Shown one piece after another: positions 20,888 through 34,200 of a DNA stretch of 64,000 nt. This DNA is from an uncultured Verrucomicrobiae bacterium (GTDB lineage Bacteria; Verrucomicrobiota; Verrucomicrobiia; Chthoniobacterales; UBA10450): contig CAWFGO010000002.1 in the NCBI GenBank assembly GCA_963815455.1, positions 384,001 to 448,000 of the forward strand. Reading direction: 5' to 3'. The translations under genes were made by a program, and so were the position numbers. Position 1 is the stretch's first letter, and each line of letters opens with the position of its first letter. A model generated the notes under the pieces. That model was given only the letters and a program-made list of their open reading frames with translations, was not told the origin of the DNA and ran no database searches.

Positions 20888-22699
20888 TTACTGACTCGAG
20901 GCCGCAATCTTGTCGACAACAGCGCGCAAATTCCAGCCGTTCGCTTCGAGTTGTTGGCGGGCGGAATCATGATCGCATTCGGCCAGTTCGGCGACCATTC
21001 GCACGGCGCGATCGCGCAACTTTGCGCTCGATGTGTGCAGGTCGATCATCAGATTGCCGCGCACCTTGCCCATCAATACCATCGCCCCGGTGCTGATGAT
21101 GTTCAGCGCAACTTTCGTAGCCGTGCCGGCCTTCAATCGTGTCGATCCGGTGAGAATCTCCGGTCCAACCGCCAGATCGATCGCCAGATCGACAGCTGGT
21201 GTAGAGGCGGCCGTGCCGGCCGCGGTCCCAGTTTTTGCGGGCGACACGCCCGCCACTACATCGCGAACCGGATTGCACCTTAGCAAACCGGTCTTCGCTC
21301 CCAACGATTTTGCCCGGGCCAGCGCCCCGAGCACAAACGGCGTCCTTCCGCTCGCCGTAATCCCGATAACAAGATCGACATCCTTGATCCCGCGCTCGTC
21401 AATCGCCAACGCACCAATGCTTTCCTCATCTTCCGCGCCCTCGACGCTGCGGTGAAGCGCCGTAACGCCGCCGGCAATGATTCCCTGCACCAGCTCCGGC
21501 GCGGCGCCGAACGTGGGTGGAATTTCGCTCGCGTCGAGGACTCCGATTCGGCCGCTGCTGCCCGCTCCGACGTAAAACAGGCGGCCGCCGTTGCGCAAAG
21601 ATTTCGCCGCCAGCTCGATCGCCTTGGCAAGATCGACAGTCGCTCCGCGCAACGCTTCCTGGACAAATTTTTCTTCCTCGACAAAAAGCTCAACCAACGC
21701 GCGCGCATCCATCTTCTCCAGATTTTCCGAGCGCGGATTGCGTTGCTCGGTCAGCGCAGCGGCCAAATCGTCGATCTTCCCGAGCGCCGGTTCCGCTCGG
21801 ACACGGCTGAATTCCTCCATCTCCGAGGCGAGCCAGGCCGCGCCGAGCTCTGGCGCACGCTCTGCGGTTGCCACCCGGGCATCTGGGAGATTCTTTTTCA
21901 AACGCCGGCGAAAGGCATGGTTGTAAATCGAGTCGCGATGAAAAAGGCCGCCCATCAACACGACCTTCGGGGCGAGGAGATGAAGACGAGTGGCCACCGC
22001 CTCGGTGTATTCGCACAGGACCCTCGCGCCCTCTTCGATAATCTCCATCACAGCCGCGTCACCGGCTCCAGCCGCTTCGAAGACCACCGGCGCCAGCATT
22101 GCCACTTCCATCTTGTCAGCCGTTTGGGCCCAACGGACGAGTTCGTCGAGCGTGTTCAATGAGAGCGCATGAAGGATCTTCGCGGTAAACTGCACTTCGC
22201 CGCGATGCAGATCGTATTCGCGCAAAATGAGACGAAGCGCCTGGATGACGAGAAAGTAACCGCCGCCGGCGTCACCGAGAATGTGTCCCCACCCGCCGGC
22301 CTTCTCGATCTTGTCGCCCCGCCGGCCAGTGACCGACGAACCGCTCCCGGCATTGACCACGATCCCCTCGCCGCGTCCGAGCGCTGCGGCCAGACCGGAA
22401 TCGCGATCGCTGCCAGTCACGACTTTCACACCTGGCCAAATCTCCCCACAAATGCGGGCGAGCGATTGCCGATCCTCGTCCGTGCTGCAACCGGCCAGGA
22501 AAACGCCCGCGCGATCGATCTGCTTCGGCAGTTCGGAAAAAATCGCGCGCAGACGATCCGGCGTGGTCAGACGCAAATTCGCCGGCGGCAGTTTCCCTTG
22601 ATCGACAACGCGAAGCTCATCGCCGTCGCGTTCGACTAGCACCCAGGCGGTCTTGGTGCCGCCGCCTTCGACCCCGAGAATGCGCTCGCCGGGTTTCAC
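20888..22699 (-). CDS. murQ: Fused BadF/BadG-type sugar (MurNAc/GlcNAc) kinase and MurNAc-6-P etherase
   Basis: GVEGGGTKT and GGWGHILGDAGGG; then TEQRNPRS, GAGSSGRIGVLDASE and GSTRLKAGTA. Confidence 0.9.
   Translation of the reverse strand: MKPGERILGVEGGGTKTAWVLVERDGDELRVVDQGKLPPANLRLTTPDRLRAIFSELPKQIDRAGVFLAGCSTDEDRQSLARICGEIWPGVKVVTGSDRDSGLAAALGRGEGIVVNAGSGSSVTGRRGDKIEKAGGWGHILGDAGGGYFLVIQALRLILREYDLHRGEVQFTAKILHALSLNTLDELVRWAQTADKMEVAMLAPVVFEAAGAGDAAVMEIIEEGARVLCEYTEAVATRLHLLAPKVVLMGGLFHRDSIYNHAFRRRLKKNLPDARVATAERAPELGAAWLASEMEEFSRVRAEPALGKIDDLAAALTEQRNPRSENLEKMDARALVELFVEEEKFVQEALRGATVDLAKAIELAAKSLRNGGRLFYVGAGSSGRIGVLDASEIPPTFGAAPELVQGIIAGGVTALHRSVEGAEDEESIGALAIDERGIKDVDLVIGITASGRTPFVLGALARAKSLGAKTGLLRCNPVRDVVAGVSPAKTGTAAGTAASTPAVDLAIDLAVGPEILTGSTRLKAGTATKVALNIISTGAMVLMGKVRGNLMIDLHTSSAKLRDRAVRMVAELAECDHDSARQQLEANGWNLRAVVDKIAASSQ
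21200..21260. repeat. TGTAG...CTACA REP (family E) in frame within murQ
   Basis: Reverse complement shares 29 identical nt with the intergenic copy at 61710. Confidence 0.85.
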
Positions 22700-22757
22700 G
22701 CTTGTTATGCTTAATCGAGTTCCGGCAATTTGAAAGCCCAAGCACGCAATTCTCTCT

Positions 22758-25110
<2,353 letters not shown>

Positions 25111-25153
25111 GCGGCAAGTGCGACCCCGAAAGCATTCGGGGCCGCTACAATTC

Positions 25154-26316
25154 TTACTTCTGCGGCGCAGGCATGCTCAAAGGAATGCTGCGATTTGATT
25201 CAAGGGTCGCCGACATCGGAAGCTTTTTGCTTACCGGGTGAATCTCAGCCTGAATGTTGACGGTCAATTCCTTGCCATCACGCACGACGGTAATTGGGAC
25301 AGTGTCGCCGGCGGTGATGAAGAAGGAAGCATCCAGGATGTCTTCCGCCTCGCGCACTTTTGTTCGTCCCACCTGCAACAAGATATCGCCAGATTTCAGG
25401 CCGGCCTCGGCTGCGGGCGAATCCAAAATGTCTGTGATCTCTGCCCGCGAACCTTCCGACCGCGGTCTTTGGCTTCGGTCACGTTCGCGCCTACCCAACC
25501 ATGCCGGACCTCGCCGAAGCGCAGGAAATCGCTGCGAATTTTCTCGGCCGCGCCGATGGGCAACGCGTAACAGGAAGAATTTTCCAAACTGCTGACCAGG
25601 ATTCCCACAACTTCACCTCTCAAGTTCAAGAGCGGCGCGCCGGATTCTCCGCGCTGGGTGGGCAAATTGACGCGGAGATGCGTCGTTGAAAAATAGCGTC
25701 CGAGATATTTGCGATCGAACCCGGCAATCATGCCGAAGCTCGGTGTTTTCGGCAGATCGAGCGGGTAGCCGATGGTGACAACCGGCGTAGCAACTTCCAG
25801 CTGGTCCGAGTTCCCGATCGGCAGAGAAGGCGTCACCAGATCGATTTTCAACATGGCTATTCCGCTGCGGACATCAGCTACGAGCTGGCGGGCCGGATAT
25901 TCCTTGCCGTTAAATTGGACCTTGAAATTCTCTGCTTCACCGCCAACGGCGAAGCAGGTGTAAAGGGTTCCGGTTGGATCGACAAAAAATCCGGTGCCGT
26001 AGATGTCGCTGTGCTCGTCGACGCCATGGATTTTCACCACCGCCTTGGCTGAACGCTCGAACACGTCCTTGACCTCGCGACTAATCGAGGTGGCCGATTG
26101 TTCCTGGGCAAAAAGCAAACTGGCCCCGGTGAAGAAAACCAATGCTGTCATTCCGATTCCGCAGCCGCGGGAGAGGAATCCGGGACTCACACGGGGGCCG
26201 CTCGGACCACAACCCGCGCCGGTATCAAGAAAGCACGTCGCGAGATCGGGAGATCCTTCGCTCCGCTCAGGATGACGTCGCGCAACGGCGCCGTTCCTAG
26301 AATCGGATCGACTCAT
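25154..26316 (-). CDS. Trypsin-like S1C protease homolog with PDZ domain (frameshift near 25465)
   Basis: GTGFF, RGESGAPLLN, GWVG and SPAAEAGLKSGD. Confidence 0.8.
26147..26276. repeat. Family A element within the 5' end of the protease ORF
   Basis: gtcattccg ... gatccttcgctccgctcaggatgac; translates as RHPERSEGS...GIGMT. Confidence 0.8.
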
Positions 26317-26794
26317 AACTCACAGGAACGCTGTCGAGCACGTAGCGCGGAGGCGTTCCGCCGTTGCGGAAGTGAGTATGGGCGCTCTTATTGGATCTGC
26401 CGAGTGGCTGCGTAGTAAAGACCCGCGTTGCTGCCACTGGGGATGCAAGCGTCCATTCTCCGTCCGCATTCACCGCTTCGGATAAGGCCGGGCGGCTCTG
26501 CAGAGCGACATTGGCGGGGTCGGGTTGCTGATAAATCTTTAAGGATATGACCGCGGCACAGACTAAAACCGCGGCCGCGACGGCCGGATAAGAAGTCAGC
26601 GACGGCACATTTAGCCGGAACATGAAATCTTGCGCACGTTCGAGGCAGATCCGCCAAAGTGGTTGCCGCAACAACTCGTCGCGCTGCCGGCGATGGAATT
26701 CGTGCAGGAAATCTTCGAAGTAGCCCGGGGGCGGTTGCTCGTAGCGCTTCAGCCGAAGCAGCTTTCCAATTTCGTTGTCGTCAAATTCTTCCAT
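26297..26794 (-). CDS. Putative anti-sigma factor (single TM)
   Basis: LLRLKRYEQPPPGYF motif, one TM helix, directly downstream of the ECF sigma. Confidence 0.65.
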   Translation of the reverse strand: MEEFDDNEIGKLLRLKRYEQPPPGYFEDFLHEFHRRQRDELLRQPLWRICLERAQDFMFRLNVPSLTSYPAVAAAVLVCAAVISLKIYQQPDPANVALQSRPALSEAVNADGEWTLASPVAATRVFTTQPLGRSNKSAHTHFRNGGTPPRYVLDSVPVSYESIRF

Positions 26795-26805
26795 CTCAGC
26801 GGGCC

Positions 26806-27501
26806 CTAAGAAACCGGGTTTTTCCTGAATTCGTCCAGATAATTTTGCAGCTGCCGGTTCGCGTAAAACAGCCTGGAACGTACCGTCCCCTCCGAAACAC
26901 GCAAGATCTTACTGATCTCTGCGTGGGGCATCCCTTGAATGTGAAACATGGTGACCACGGCTCTGTGTTCATCTGACAACTTCATCATGGCCTCGTTCAA
27001 CCTTTTCTGCAGTTCCGAGAGGTCGGCTTCCCGCACCGGGCTGCTGCTGGCCGTCACCTCGAGGAACTCTTTGTCGTTTTGGACGTTGGAATCGACATCG
27101 TCCAGGCTCAGATGGAAACGCCGGCCGCGTTTCTTGAGGAAGTTCAACGTCATATTGACCGCAATGGAATGGATCCAGGTATAAAAGGTCGATTTCCCCT
27201 GGAAACCGCGGATCGCCTTGTAAGCCTTGGCAAACACGTCCTGCAACAGGTCGTTGGTGTCCTCGTGGTTCGAGGTCATGTTGTAAACCAGGCCGTAAAG
27301 GCGCGGCGTGTACTTGACCACCAATTGGTCGAACGCGGCGGGATCGCCCGCCTGCGCTCCCGCTACCAACTGCTGATCTTCGTCGGTTCTGGGCTGATCC
27401 ATCGCGTGGCGTCTAGACTTAACACGCGATCCGAGACCGGACGACAACAAATCGGAAATCCGTCGAGCAGGTAAGGCGAGCGCTGGATTCATCTTTTTCA
27501 A
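26806..27501 (-). CDS. ECF sigma-70 factor
   Basis: DLLQDVF, FYTWIHSIAVN and GTVRSRLFYA. Confidence 0.9.
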   Translation of the reverse strand: MKKMNPALALPARRISDLLSSGLGSRVKSRRHAMDQPRTDEDQQLVAGAQAGDPAAFDQLVVKYTPRLYGLVYNMTSNHEDTNDLLQDVFAKAYKAIRGFQGKSTFYTWIHSIAVNMTLNFLKKRGRRFHLSLDDVDSNVQNDKEFLEVTASSSPVREADLSELQKRLNEAMMKLSDEHRAVVTMFHIQGMPHAEISKILRVSEGTVRSRLFYANRQLQNYLDEFRKNPVS

Positions 27502-27513
27502 CGGCCCTCGCGG

Positions 27514-28209
27514 CTAGCGGCGGTCACGGATCGACAGCAGCCAGAGCAAGTTGCCCAGCGCCGCGATAAACGCCGCTACGTAAGTGAGCGCGGCCGCGTT
27601 GAGCACCTTGTTCACCCCGGCAACTTCGGCCCCCGGTTGCACGATCCCCATTTCCCGCAAAATGATCTTGGCCCTTCGCGACGCGTCGAACTCCACCGGC
27701 AATGTGATCAGCTGGAAAACGAGCAGGATCAGGTAACAATAAATGCCCAGCGTGATCAGCCCGGTAATGTGAAATAATATGCCGCCAAAAATCACAAACG
27801 GCAGCATCTTCGATGCGAGCATGGTCATGGGCACAATGGCCATTCTGGCCTTGAGCGGCGCGTAAGCTTTCGCGTGCTGGATGGCGTGGCCGGTCTCGTG
27901 AGCGGCAATGCCCAGCGCCGCCACCGACGGCGTATTGTAAACGTTGGTCGACAGGCAAAGCTTCTTGCTGGACGGATCGTAATGGTCGCCCAGGTAATCG
28001 TTCGTCTCGACAACATCGACATCGTTAATCTGGGCCGCCTGCAAAATCTCTCGCGCACACTCCGCGCCGGTAATGTTGGAAGTGGCCCGGACCGCGCCCC
28101 ATTTCTTGAAGGCGCTGCTTACTCGAATCTGAGCCCAGATTCCAATGATCAACGGGATGCCGATGTAAAACAGCCAGCTCCCGCCCCCGAACCCTAAAGG
28201 ATAAAACAT
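27514..28209 (-). CDS. Neutral zinc metallopeptidase (YugP-like)
   Basis: DHYDP, AAHETGHAIQ, TLPVEFDASRRA and AAALTYVA. Confidence 0.9.
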   Translation of the reverse strand: MFYPLGFGGGSWLFYIGIPLIIGIWAQIRVSSAFKKWGAVRATSNITGAECAREILQAAQINDVDVVETNDYLGDHYDPSSKKLCLSTNVYNTPSVAALGIAAHETGHAIQHAKAYAPLKARMAIVPMTMLASKMLPFVIFGGILFHITGLITLGIYCYLILLVFQLITLPVEFDASRRAKIILREMGIVQPGAEVAGVNKVLNAAALTYVAAFIAALGNLLWLLSIRDRR

Positions 28210-28295
28210 ACCTGTCTTAAGTGTGTCTAGGAACCTTAGACGCGCAAACGTCAGCTTCGTTCATTTCCGCCAAGCGCTCGCCAGCGGCGATTGCC

Positions 28296-28446
28296 GTCAT
28301 CCCGAGGTCGCCGCGGCGACCGAGGGACCTCGCAGTCCACCAATCATTTCGCAAGCGTTGAACACGCCCTCGCAAACAGGACCCGCCATCGAGACCTCCA
28401 CGCCACTAGCTGTTCTCGCGAGATCCTTCGCTTCGCTCAGGATGAC
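28296..28446. repeat. Family A palindromic element
   Basis: gtcatcccgagg...gagggacctcgc ... gcgagatccttcgcttcgctcaggatgac. Confidence 0.85.
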
Positions 28447-28473
28447 AAGGCGCAAACGGGCGCTCTGTTCTTT

Positions 28474-28521
28474 TGTAGCACAGGCATCCTGCCTGTGGGG
28501 CGAGCGGGCGTCCCGCCTGCT
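28474..28521. repeat. Family B REP
   Basis: tgtagcacaggcatcctgcctgtggggcgagcgggcgtcccgcctgc. Confidence 0.8.
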
Positions 28522-28533
28522 TATTGTCTCGCC

Positions 28534-29667
28534 TCAAAGCTCCAGCGGCTTCGGAAATCGCGACAGAATCTTGCAGCCCTTCTTCGTAACCACCACGACA
28601 TCTTCGTGCCGAACGCCGCCAAGCCCTGGATAATAAAGTCCCGGCTCAACAGTCACGACTTGTCGATCTTTCAAAACCACTTTTTGCAGCCGCGGATATT
28701 CGTGAATCTCCAAGCCGAGTCCATGCCCCGTGCCGTGAAAGAATCCAACGTGCTTTCCTTTCCGGACTTCGGTGGGATAACCGCGATCGGAAAATAATTT
28801 CTGGATCGCTTTGTGGATCGACATCCCATCCACGCCGGCCTTGATCCGTTTCAACGCGAGTTCCTGGCCGTCTTTCACCGTTTTCCAGAGCCTGCGCTGC
28901 GCCTCGCTCGCGCGTCCGCGCACGACCGTTCGGGTGAGATCGCCCCAGTAACCGGTCTTGGCGTCGCGCGGGAAAACATCGAGAATGATTAACGAATTCG
29001 CGAAAAGCGGACCGGAGCCGCGCTCGTGCGGATCGCACGCCTGATCGCCCCCGGCCACAATCGTGGTGGTCGGCGTCCCGCCTGCGCGCAGAATCGCGGA
29101 ATCGATTTCCGCGCGCAGAATTTCCGAGGTCAGCGGCTTGCCCGACCAGCGCAGCTTCTTTCCCGGGCCCGGTTTCGACGCTTTCAGGACCTCTATTGCG
29201 CGGGCAAGCCCGGTCTCGGTAATGCGCAACGCGTTCTCGATGAATTTGATCTCCTTGTCCGTCTTGGCCTCGCGTTGCGGCCAAAAAAGCCCATTAGTCG
29301 TGACAAGATCGACATGTTGACGGGCCAGCTCGCGCGCAAAACCGAGCTGAAAATTCGCCGGAACAACCGCGCGTTTCACGCCGCGCTTTTTCAGAAAATG
29401 CGCGAGCACCTTTTCGTAAGGCGGCGCTTTTTTCGCATTTCCCTGCACCTCGCGCTCGAGCTGGTTGAGGGAAACAAATTCGTCTGCCTTCGCCGTTCTA
29501 CGGCCGCGACCGATCTCCAGATCGCTCAAGACAACTGTGCGCCGGCCGTTTTTCTCGAGAAAAATAAAAGGATCGCCCGCCCAAAACTTCGTCGCGTACA
29601 GCATATCGGCATCGATATCGCTGGCCGCGACGATGAGGCGTGCTGTTTTGTTCTTCGTTTTAGTCAT
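28534..29667 (-). CDS. Xaa-Pro aminopeptidase (M24)
   Basis: GYWGDLTRT, HGTGHGLGLEIHE, TVEPGLY and GVRHED. Confidence 0.92.
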   Translation of the reverse strand: MTKTKNKTARLIVAASDIDADMLYATKFWAGDPFIFLEKNGRRTVVLSDLEIGRGRRTAKADEFVSLNQLEREVQGNAKKAPPYEKVLAHFLKKRGVKRAVVPANFQLGFARELARQHVDLVTTNGLFWPQREAKTDKEIKFIENALRITETGLARAIEVLKASKPGPGKKLRWSGKPLTSEILRAEIDSAILRAGGTPTTTIVAGGDQACDPHERGSGPLFANSLIILDVFPRDAKTGYWGDLTRTVVRGRASEAQRRLWKTVKDGQELALKRIKAGVDGMSIHKAIQKLFSDRGYPTEVRKGKHVGFFHGTGHGLGLEIHEYPRLQKVVLKDRQVVTVEPGLYYPGLGGVRHEDVVVVTKKGCKILSRFPKPLEL

Positions 29668-29716
29668 ATGGTTTGGCCAGTTCTACGCTCAATTGCCACG
29701 CTTGTCATCCGCTCTG

Positions 29717-29863
29717 CCTGTCATCCCGAGCCAAGCGAGGGACCTCGCAGTCCACCGGTGCCCACGCAAGCGTTCATCACACTCTCGCAGCAGCAACGTC
29801 CGTCCGAATGATGTAATTTGCCACAGTCCTCGCGGGATCCTTCGCTCCGCTCAGGATGACAGG
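29717..29863. repeat. Family A palindromic element
   Basis: cctgtcatcccgagccaagcgagggacc ... ggatccttcgctccgctcaggatgacagg. Confidence 0.85.
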
Positions 29864-29921
29864 TTGGAGATGTTTATCCGTAAACTCCGCCGCACTTCGA
29901 GCTGCCGGCGGAAAATCCAAA

Positions 29922-31076
29922 TCAGAAGCGCCCTGTGCCCTGCACATCGTGTCGCTGCATCGGCCATGGGCAATCCGCAGGTCCAGTCGGCCCGCGCAAC
30001 ACGCGGATCGATCGCGCATCACGAAGATAGATCGTTCCGTGTCTCGCGATTAACGGACTGGCACCGCGTAAACCCTCGAACGGCCAGACACCAACAAGCG
30101 TGTTTTGTCGATCGACGCAATAAAGGTGTTCGTCATTGCTCGCAAACCAAATATTGCCTTTTTCATCAATCGCGGGCGACGACCTTACTTTGTTGTCTGT
30201 CTCAAATCGCCATTTGAGTTTACCGTCCGGTCCTACGGCAAAGAGGAAACTGTCGCGCCCAAAGTAGATGACATGGTCACTGCTTACCGCCGGAGTCGAA
30301 GAACCCGACAGACCTTTCGTATCGTACAACCATCTTAACTTACCTTTCTTATCAACGGCGTACAAGCCGCGGTGTCCCAGAAAATAGATGGTGCCGTCCT
30401 CATCCAGTGCCGGCGGATCGGAGAAATAGTCTGAGTCTATTTCAAACGTCCACTTCAAGCTGCCATCCGGCCGAAAAGCACAAAGGAGCCCGCTTCCCTT
30501 GTCTCTCTGGTGGATATGCCCGGCGGCGTATACGGTTCCATCTTTTCCAACAATGGGGGCGATCAGATTCCAGCCTGGCGCATGAATTTCGTTAACCCAG
30601 TCGATTGTTCCGTCACTATCGAAAGCATAGAGACTCTGACCAAGCACGACGTGAACCCGATCGTTTGCTCCTAGAGCTGGTGCAGACGCGCGGTCAATTT
30701 TTTCCGACCGCCATTTCAGGACACCCTTGTCCGTAAACGCAAGCAATCCTCCGTCCGAGGTTGCATAAATGGTCCCGTTTGAGTCAATCGCAATGCCATT
30801 AACGCCACCATCGATTGACGCCCTTTTGTCAGGCCCATCCGTATCGTATTTCCAGCTTTCAGAACCACCGCCGGCAAACGCATGGAGGGTCCCATCCGAA
30901 CAGCCTACATAAACTGAACGGTCCTGCCCTACCGCCGGCAGACACGACCAACTCAGTTCCAAAAACCATTCTGAACGTAATTTTTGCTCCCAAATAGTAG
31001 ATAATTCAGGAGTTGTCTGCGGCGGCGCTCTCGCACCCAGCAACAGCAGAACAGACAGAACGACAACCAAGCGCAT
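29922..31076 (-). CDS. Secreted PQQ-binding-like beta-propeller protein
   Basis: Signal peptide, repeated P-A-x-x-x-DGTIY...G-x-LKW blades, terminal WPMQRHD. Confidence 0.8.
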   Translation of the reverse strand: MRLVVVLSVLLLLGARAPPQTTPELSTIWEQKLRSEWFLELSWSCLPAVGQDRSVYVGCSDGTLHAFAGGGSESWKYDTDGPDKRASIDGGVNGIAIDSNGTIYATSDGGLLAFTDKGVLKWRSEKIDRASAPALGANDRVHVVLGQSLYAFDSDGTIDWVNEIHAPGWNLIAPIVGKDGTVYAAGHIHQRDKGSGLLCAFRPDGSLKWTFEIDSDYFSDPPALDEDGTIYFLGHRGLYAVDKKGKLRWLYDTKGLSGSSTPAVSSDHVIYFGRDSFLFAVGPDGKLKWRFETDNKVRSSPAIDEKGNIWFASNDEHLYCVDRQNTLVGVWPFEGLRGASPLIARHGTIYLRDARSIRVLRGPTGPADCPWPMQRHDVQGTGRF

Positions 31077-31286
31077 GATCTTGCGATTCGTCTTGCGAAT
31101 ACGATCCTTGCTCCGTTCTCTACGCCGGGTTCCCGCGCTTGTCATCCCGAGCCCTGGACTTCGCCCAGAATCACGATGGATTGGGTAGCGCGCGCGTCCC
31201 GCGTGCTGGCGAACCCGTCTCGGGTTCGCGAACTTTCTGGAAATGGCGCCAAAATTAACATCGAGCAAGGGACTGCTCGAACCACC

Positions 31287-34200
31287 TCAACTTCGTCGCA
31301 CTTCGAGCTGCCGGCGTAAGATCCAATGCAGCAGGCCCAGCAAGGCCACGGTGGAAGCGATGAGCACGAATGTGTTGAACACCAAAATGTCGACCTTGAT
31401 GCCGAGATAGCGCTTTTGCGCGCCGAAGAACACGTTCGGCTTGTTGCCGCGACGATAATCGTTTTGCTCCATCTCGGCGTTCGAAAACAGATCGGACACT
31501 TTCTGGTTCACATACATCTGGTCCGCTGTGATCGGCCCGGTCGCATTCTCGAATAGAGCGCGATTGAACGGCTGTTTGCCGTCGAGGACCTTGTCGATCA
31601 AGCCCAGATACCGATTGAGCTCCTTGGTCGATTTCGCTTCCAGACCGGAAAGAACCGCCAGCGTCTCTTTTAGTTCGTCGAGGCGCCTGGTCGCAGCGGG
31701 ATCTTGTCGATGTTGCTCGATGAGCAGATCGATCTCGCGCTGGGTCCGGTCCTGCCGGCGCGTTAACGGATTCAACTTCGCCTGGGCCACGATCACTTCT
31801 TCATAGGACCAGCGCATGGCGACGAATTGGCAGACAAATGGCACTTCCAATTTGCTGCTCATTTTCTTGCCCCGCTCAGTGGTGGGATGTTCCGAGAACC
31901 AGCGGGTGAGCGTGTGAACAAGCGCCAGATTCCGATTCATGTCCTCATACTTAATGAGCGCACCACCCATGATGATCTGCGGAATCAGCACCAGCGGGAC
32001 GATGTTGGCCGCGGTCTTGGGATCGGCCACGATCGAAGAGATAATGAGCCCAAGGGACACCCCCGACATCGCCGTCATCAGCATGATGCCGAGATCGATC
32101 CAAAACATCCCGCGAATTTGCAGGAGATAATTGCCGATCAGAACAAAGAGCACGCATTGAACGAGGGCGAAAATGCCGAGAGTAAGCGTTTTCGAAATGA
32201 CGTAATAGGGAATGCGGACATTGAGATTTCGTTCGCGCTGCAACACCGGACGATCGCGGATAATATCGTCCGCGCTGTTGGTCAGGCCGAGAAACATGGC
32301 CACGATCAGGCTCAGGAACAGAAACGTCGGGATGTGATAGGCGGATGCGAAATCGTACTGCCCGCTATCGGAGTAACGCAAAATGGTGGCAATGAGCACC
32401 GCCAGCACGGGCGCGACGCAAATGGTGATCACCAGGTTGGCCCGATTGCGCAGTTTGCTGATGAAAGCACGCCGAAGCAGGGTGCGAAACTGGGTCCATT
32501 CGTCGTGCCACCGAAATGGGAGCCGCTTTTTCTGGGCCGCGGCCGGTGGCAACGCCGTGACAGGTTCCTTGCGAAGCGAAACCTGTTTAACGTCCTGGAT
32601 CAATCGAAACGCCTCATATTTATCTCTCCAGAACTCCGGCGAGTACCGGCGCGAAGGAACGAGCTGGCCGCGCTTGTTCTCCTCGTAAATGATGTCGCCG
32701 CTCAAATCGCGCAGCGGCGTCTCCAGAACATCGAAAATAAATTCGGGGCGCGTCGTGCCGCAGGACGGGCAGGCGCCGAGTTCGGCCCCGAATTGATGCT
32801 GATGCTCCGCCTCGGCAAAATAACGCAGCATGTCCGTCGGCGTGCCGAAAAACACCAGGCGCCCGCCTTTATCGAGCAGGATCGCCTTGTGAAACATCTG
32901 GAACAGCTTCGAGCTCGGCTGATGAATCGTAACGATAATGATCTTGTTGTGGGCCATGCCCCGAATGATCTCGATCACGTGCTCGGAATCTTTCGAGGAA
33001 AGACCGGAAGTCGGTTCGTCGAATAGATAAACGTCCGACATGCCGATCATATCGAGCCCGATGTTGAGCCGTTTGCGCTCGCCGCCGCTGAGAGTTTTTT
33101 TGACAGCGCTGCCGACAACGGCGTCTCGGCGTTCCCCCAGACCGAGTTCCATCAATTTCGCTTCCAGGCGGCGGGTCCGGTCCCGTCGGGAGAGATGAGG
33201 CGAACGAATCGCGGCCGCGAATTGCAGATTTTCGCCGATGGTCAGGTGCTCGTCGAAAGCGTCTTCCTGCGGAATGTAACTGAGATAACGCTTTAGCCGG
33301 TCGAGGTTGGGATAGAGTGATTGTCCGTTAAGAATAACCTGACCACTGGTGGGCTGGAGTTGCCCGGCCAGAACTTTCAGCAGCGTGCTCTTGCCCGAAC
33401 CGCTCGCTCCCATCACGCACACCAGCTCCCCGCGCGTGACACTGAAAGAAATTCCCTCGAGCCCAACCTCGCCCTTGCCAAAGCGATGGGTGATCTCGCT
33501 TACTTCGAGGCTGCGAATGATGTTGCGCTCTTCCTCGATGATCCGCTCGGAAAAATTGCACCGCAGAAACTGGCCGATGTCGATCCTGATGGTGTCGCCG
33601 TCCTTGAGCGGCGCCGTCGTGCGCACGGTTGTCTGTCCTACCATGATCGGACGATCCGCCTCCATGACCAGCAACTCGCCAATCCGTTTGTCGTAATCGC
33701 AAAAAATCTTGAGCAACACGTCGCCGCTGGTGCCGGGCGAAAGCAATATGTCGTCGGCCTCGAGCAGGCTCGGATTATTCGACACCAAATATTCCGATTT
33801 GGACGCTTTCAATTGGAACCGGCCACCCAGCGCCCGCGCCCGCCGGCGCAGGTCCAGAAAATCCATCTCGCTGTCGTTGTGGAAAACGATCCTGTCCTGC
33901 AACGTCGCCTCCGCTTCCGTGCCCGCTTTCAGCTTTACCCCGTTCAACACCGCATCGACATCGCGCAACGCCTTCACATTTACTTTCAGGCCGAAAGAAA
34001 TTTGCAGCGCGCTTTCCCGGGTGCGGGCCCGTTCCAGCGCCACCTCGTCCCCGTCCTTGTTTACCCGCACGAAAATCTGCGGCACGGAAACGTTTTTCTT
34101 GGCATTGAAATATTGCGCCAACTCCTGATAACTGAGCACCTGGTCGCCTATCAAAATTCTCTGGCCCGGATAAATCCGGCAAAAACCGCCCCGGGGCAGC

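Noticed and set aside
31077..31268. N-terminal extension of the beta-propeller ORF
   Set aside because: It spans repeat fragments; the signal peptide starts at 31076
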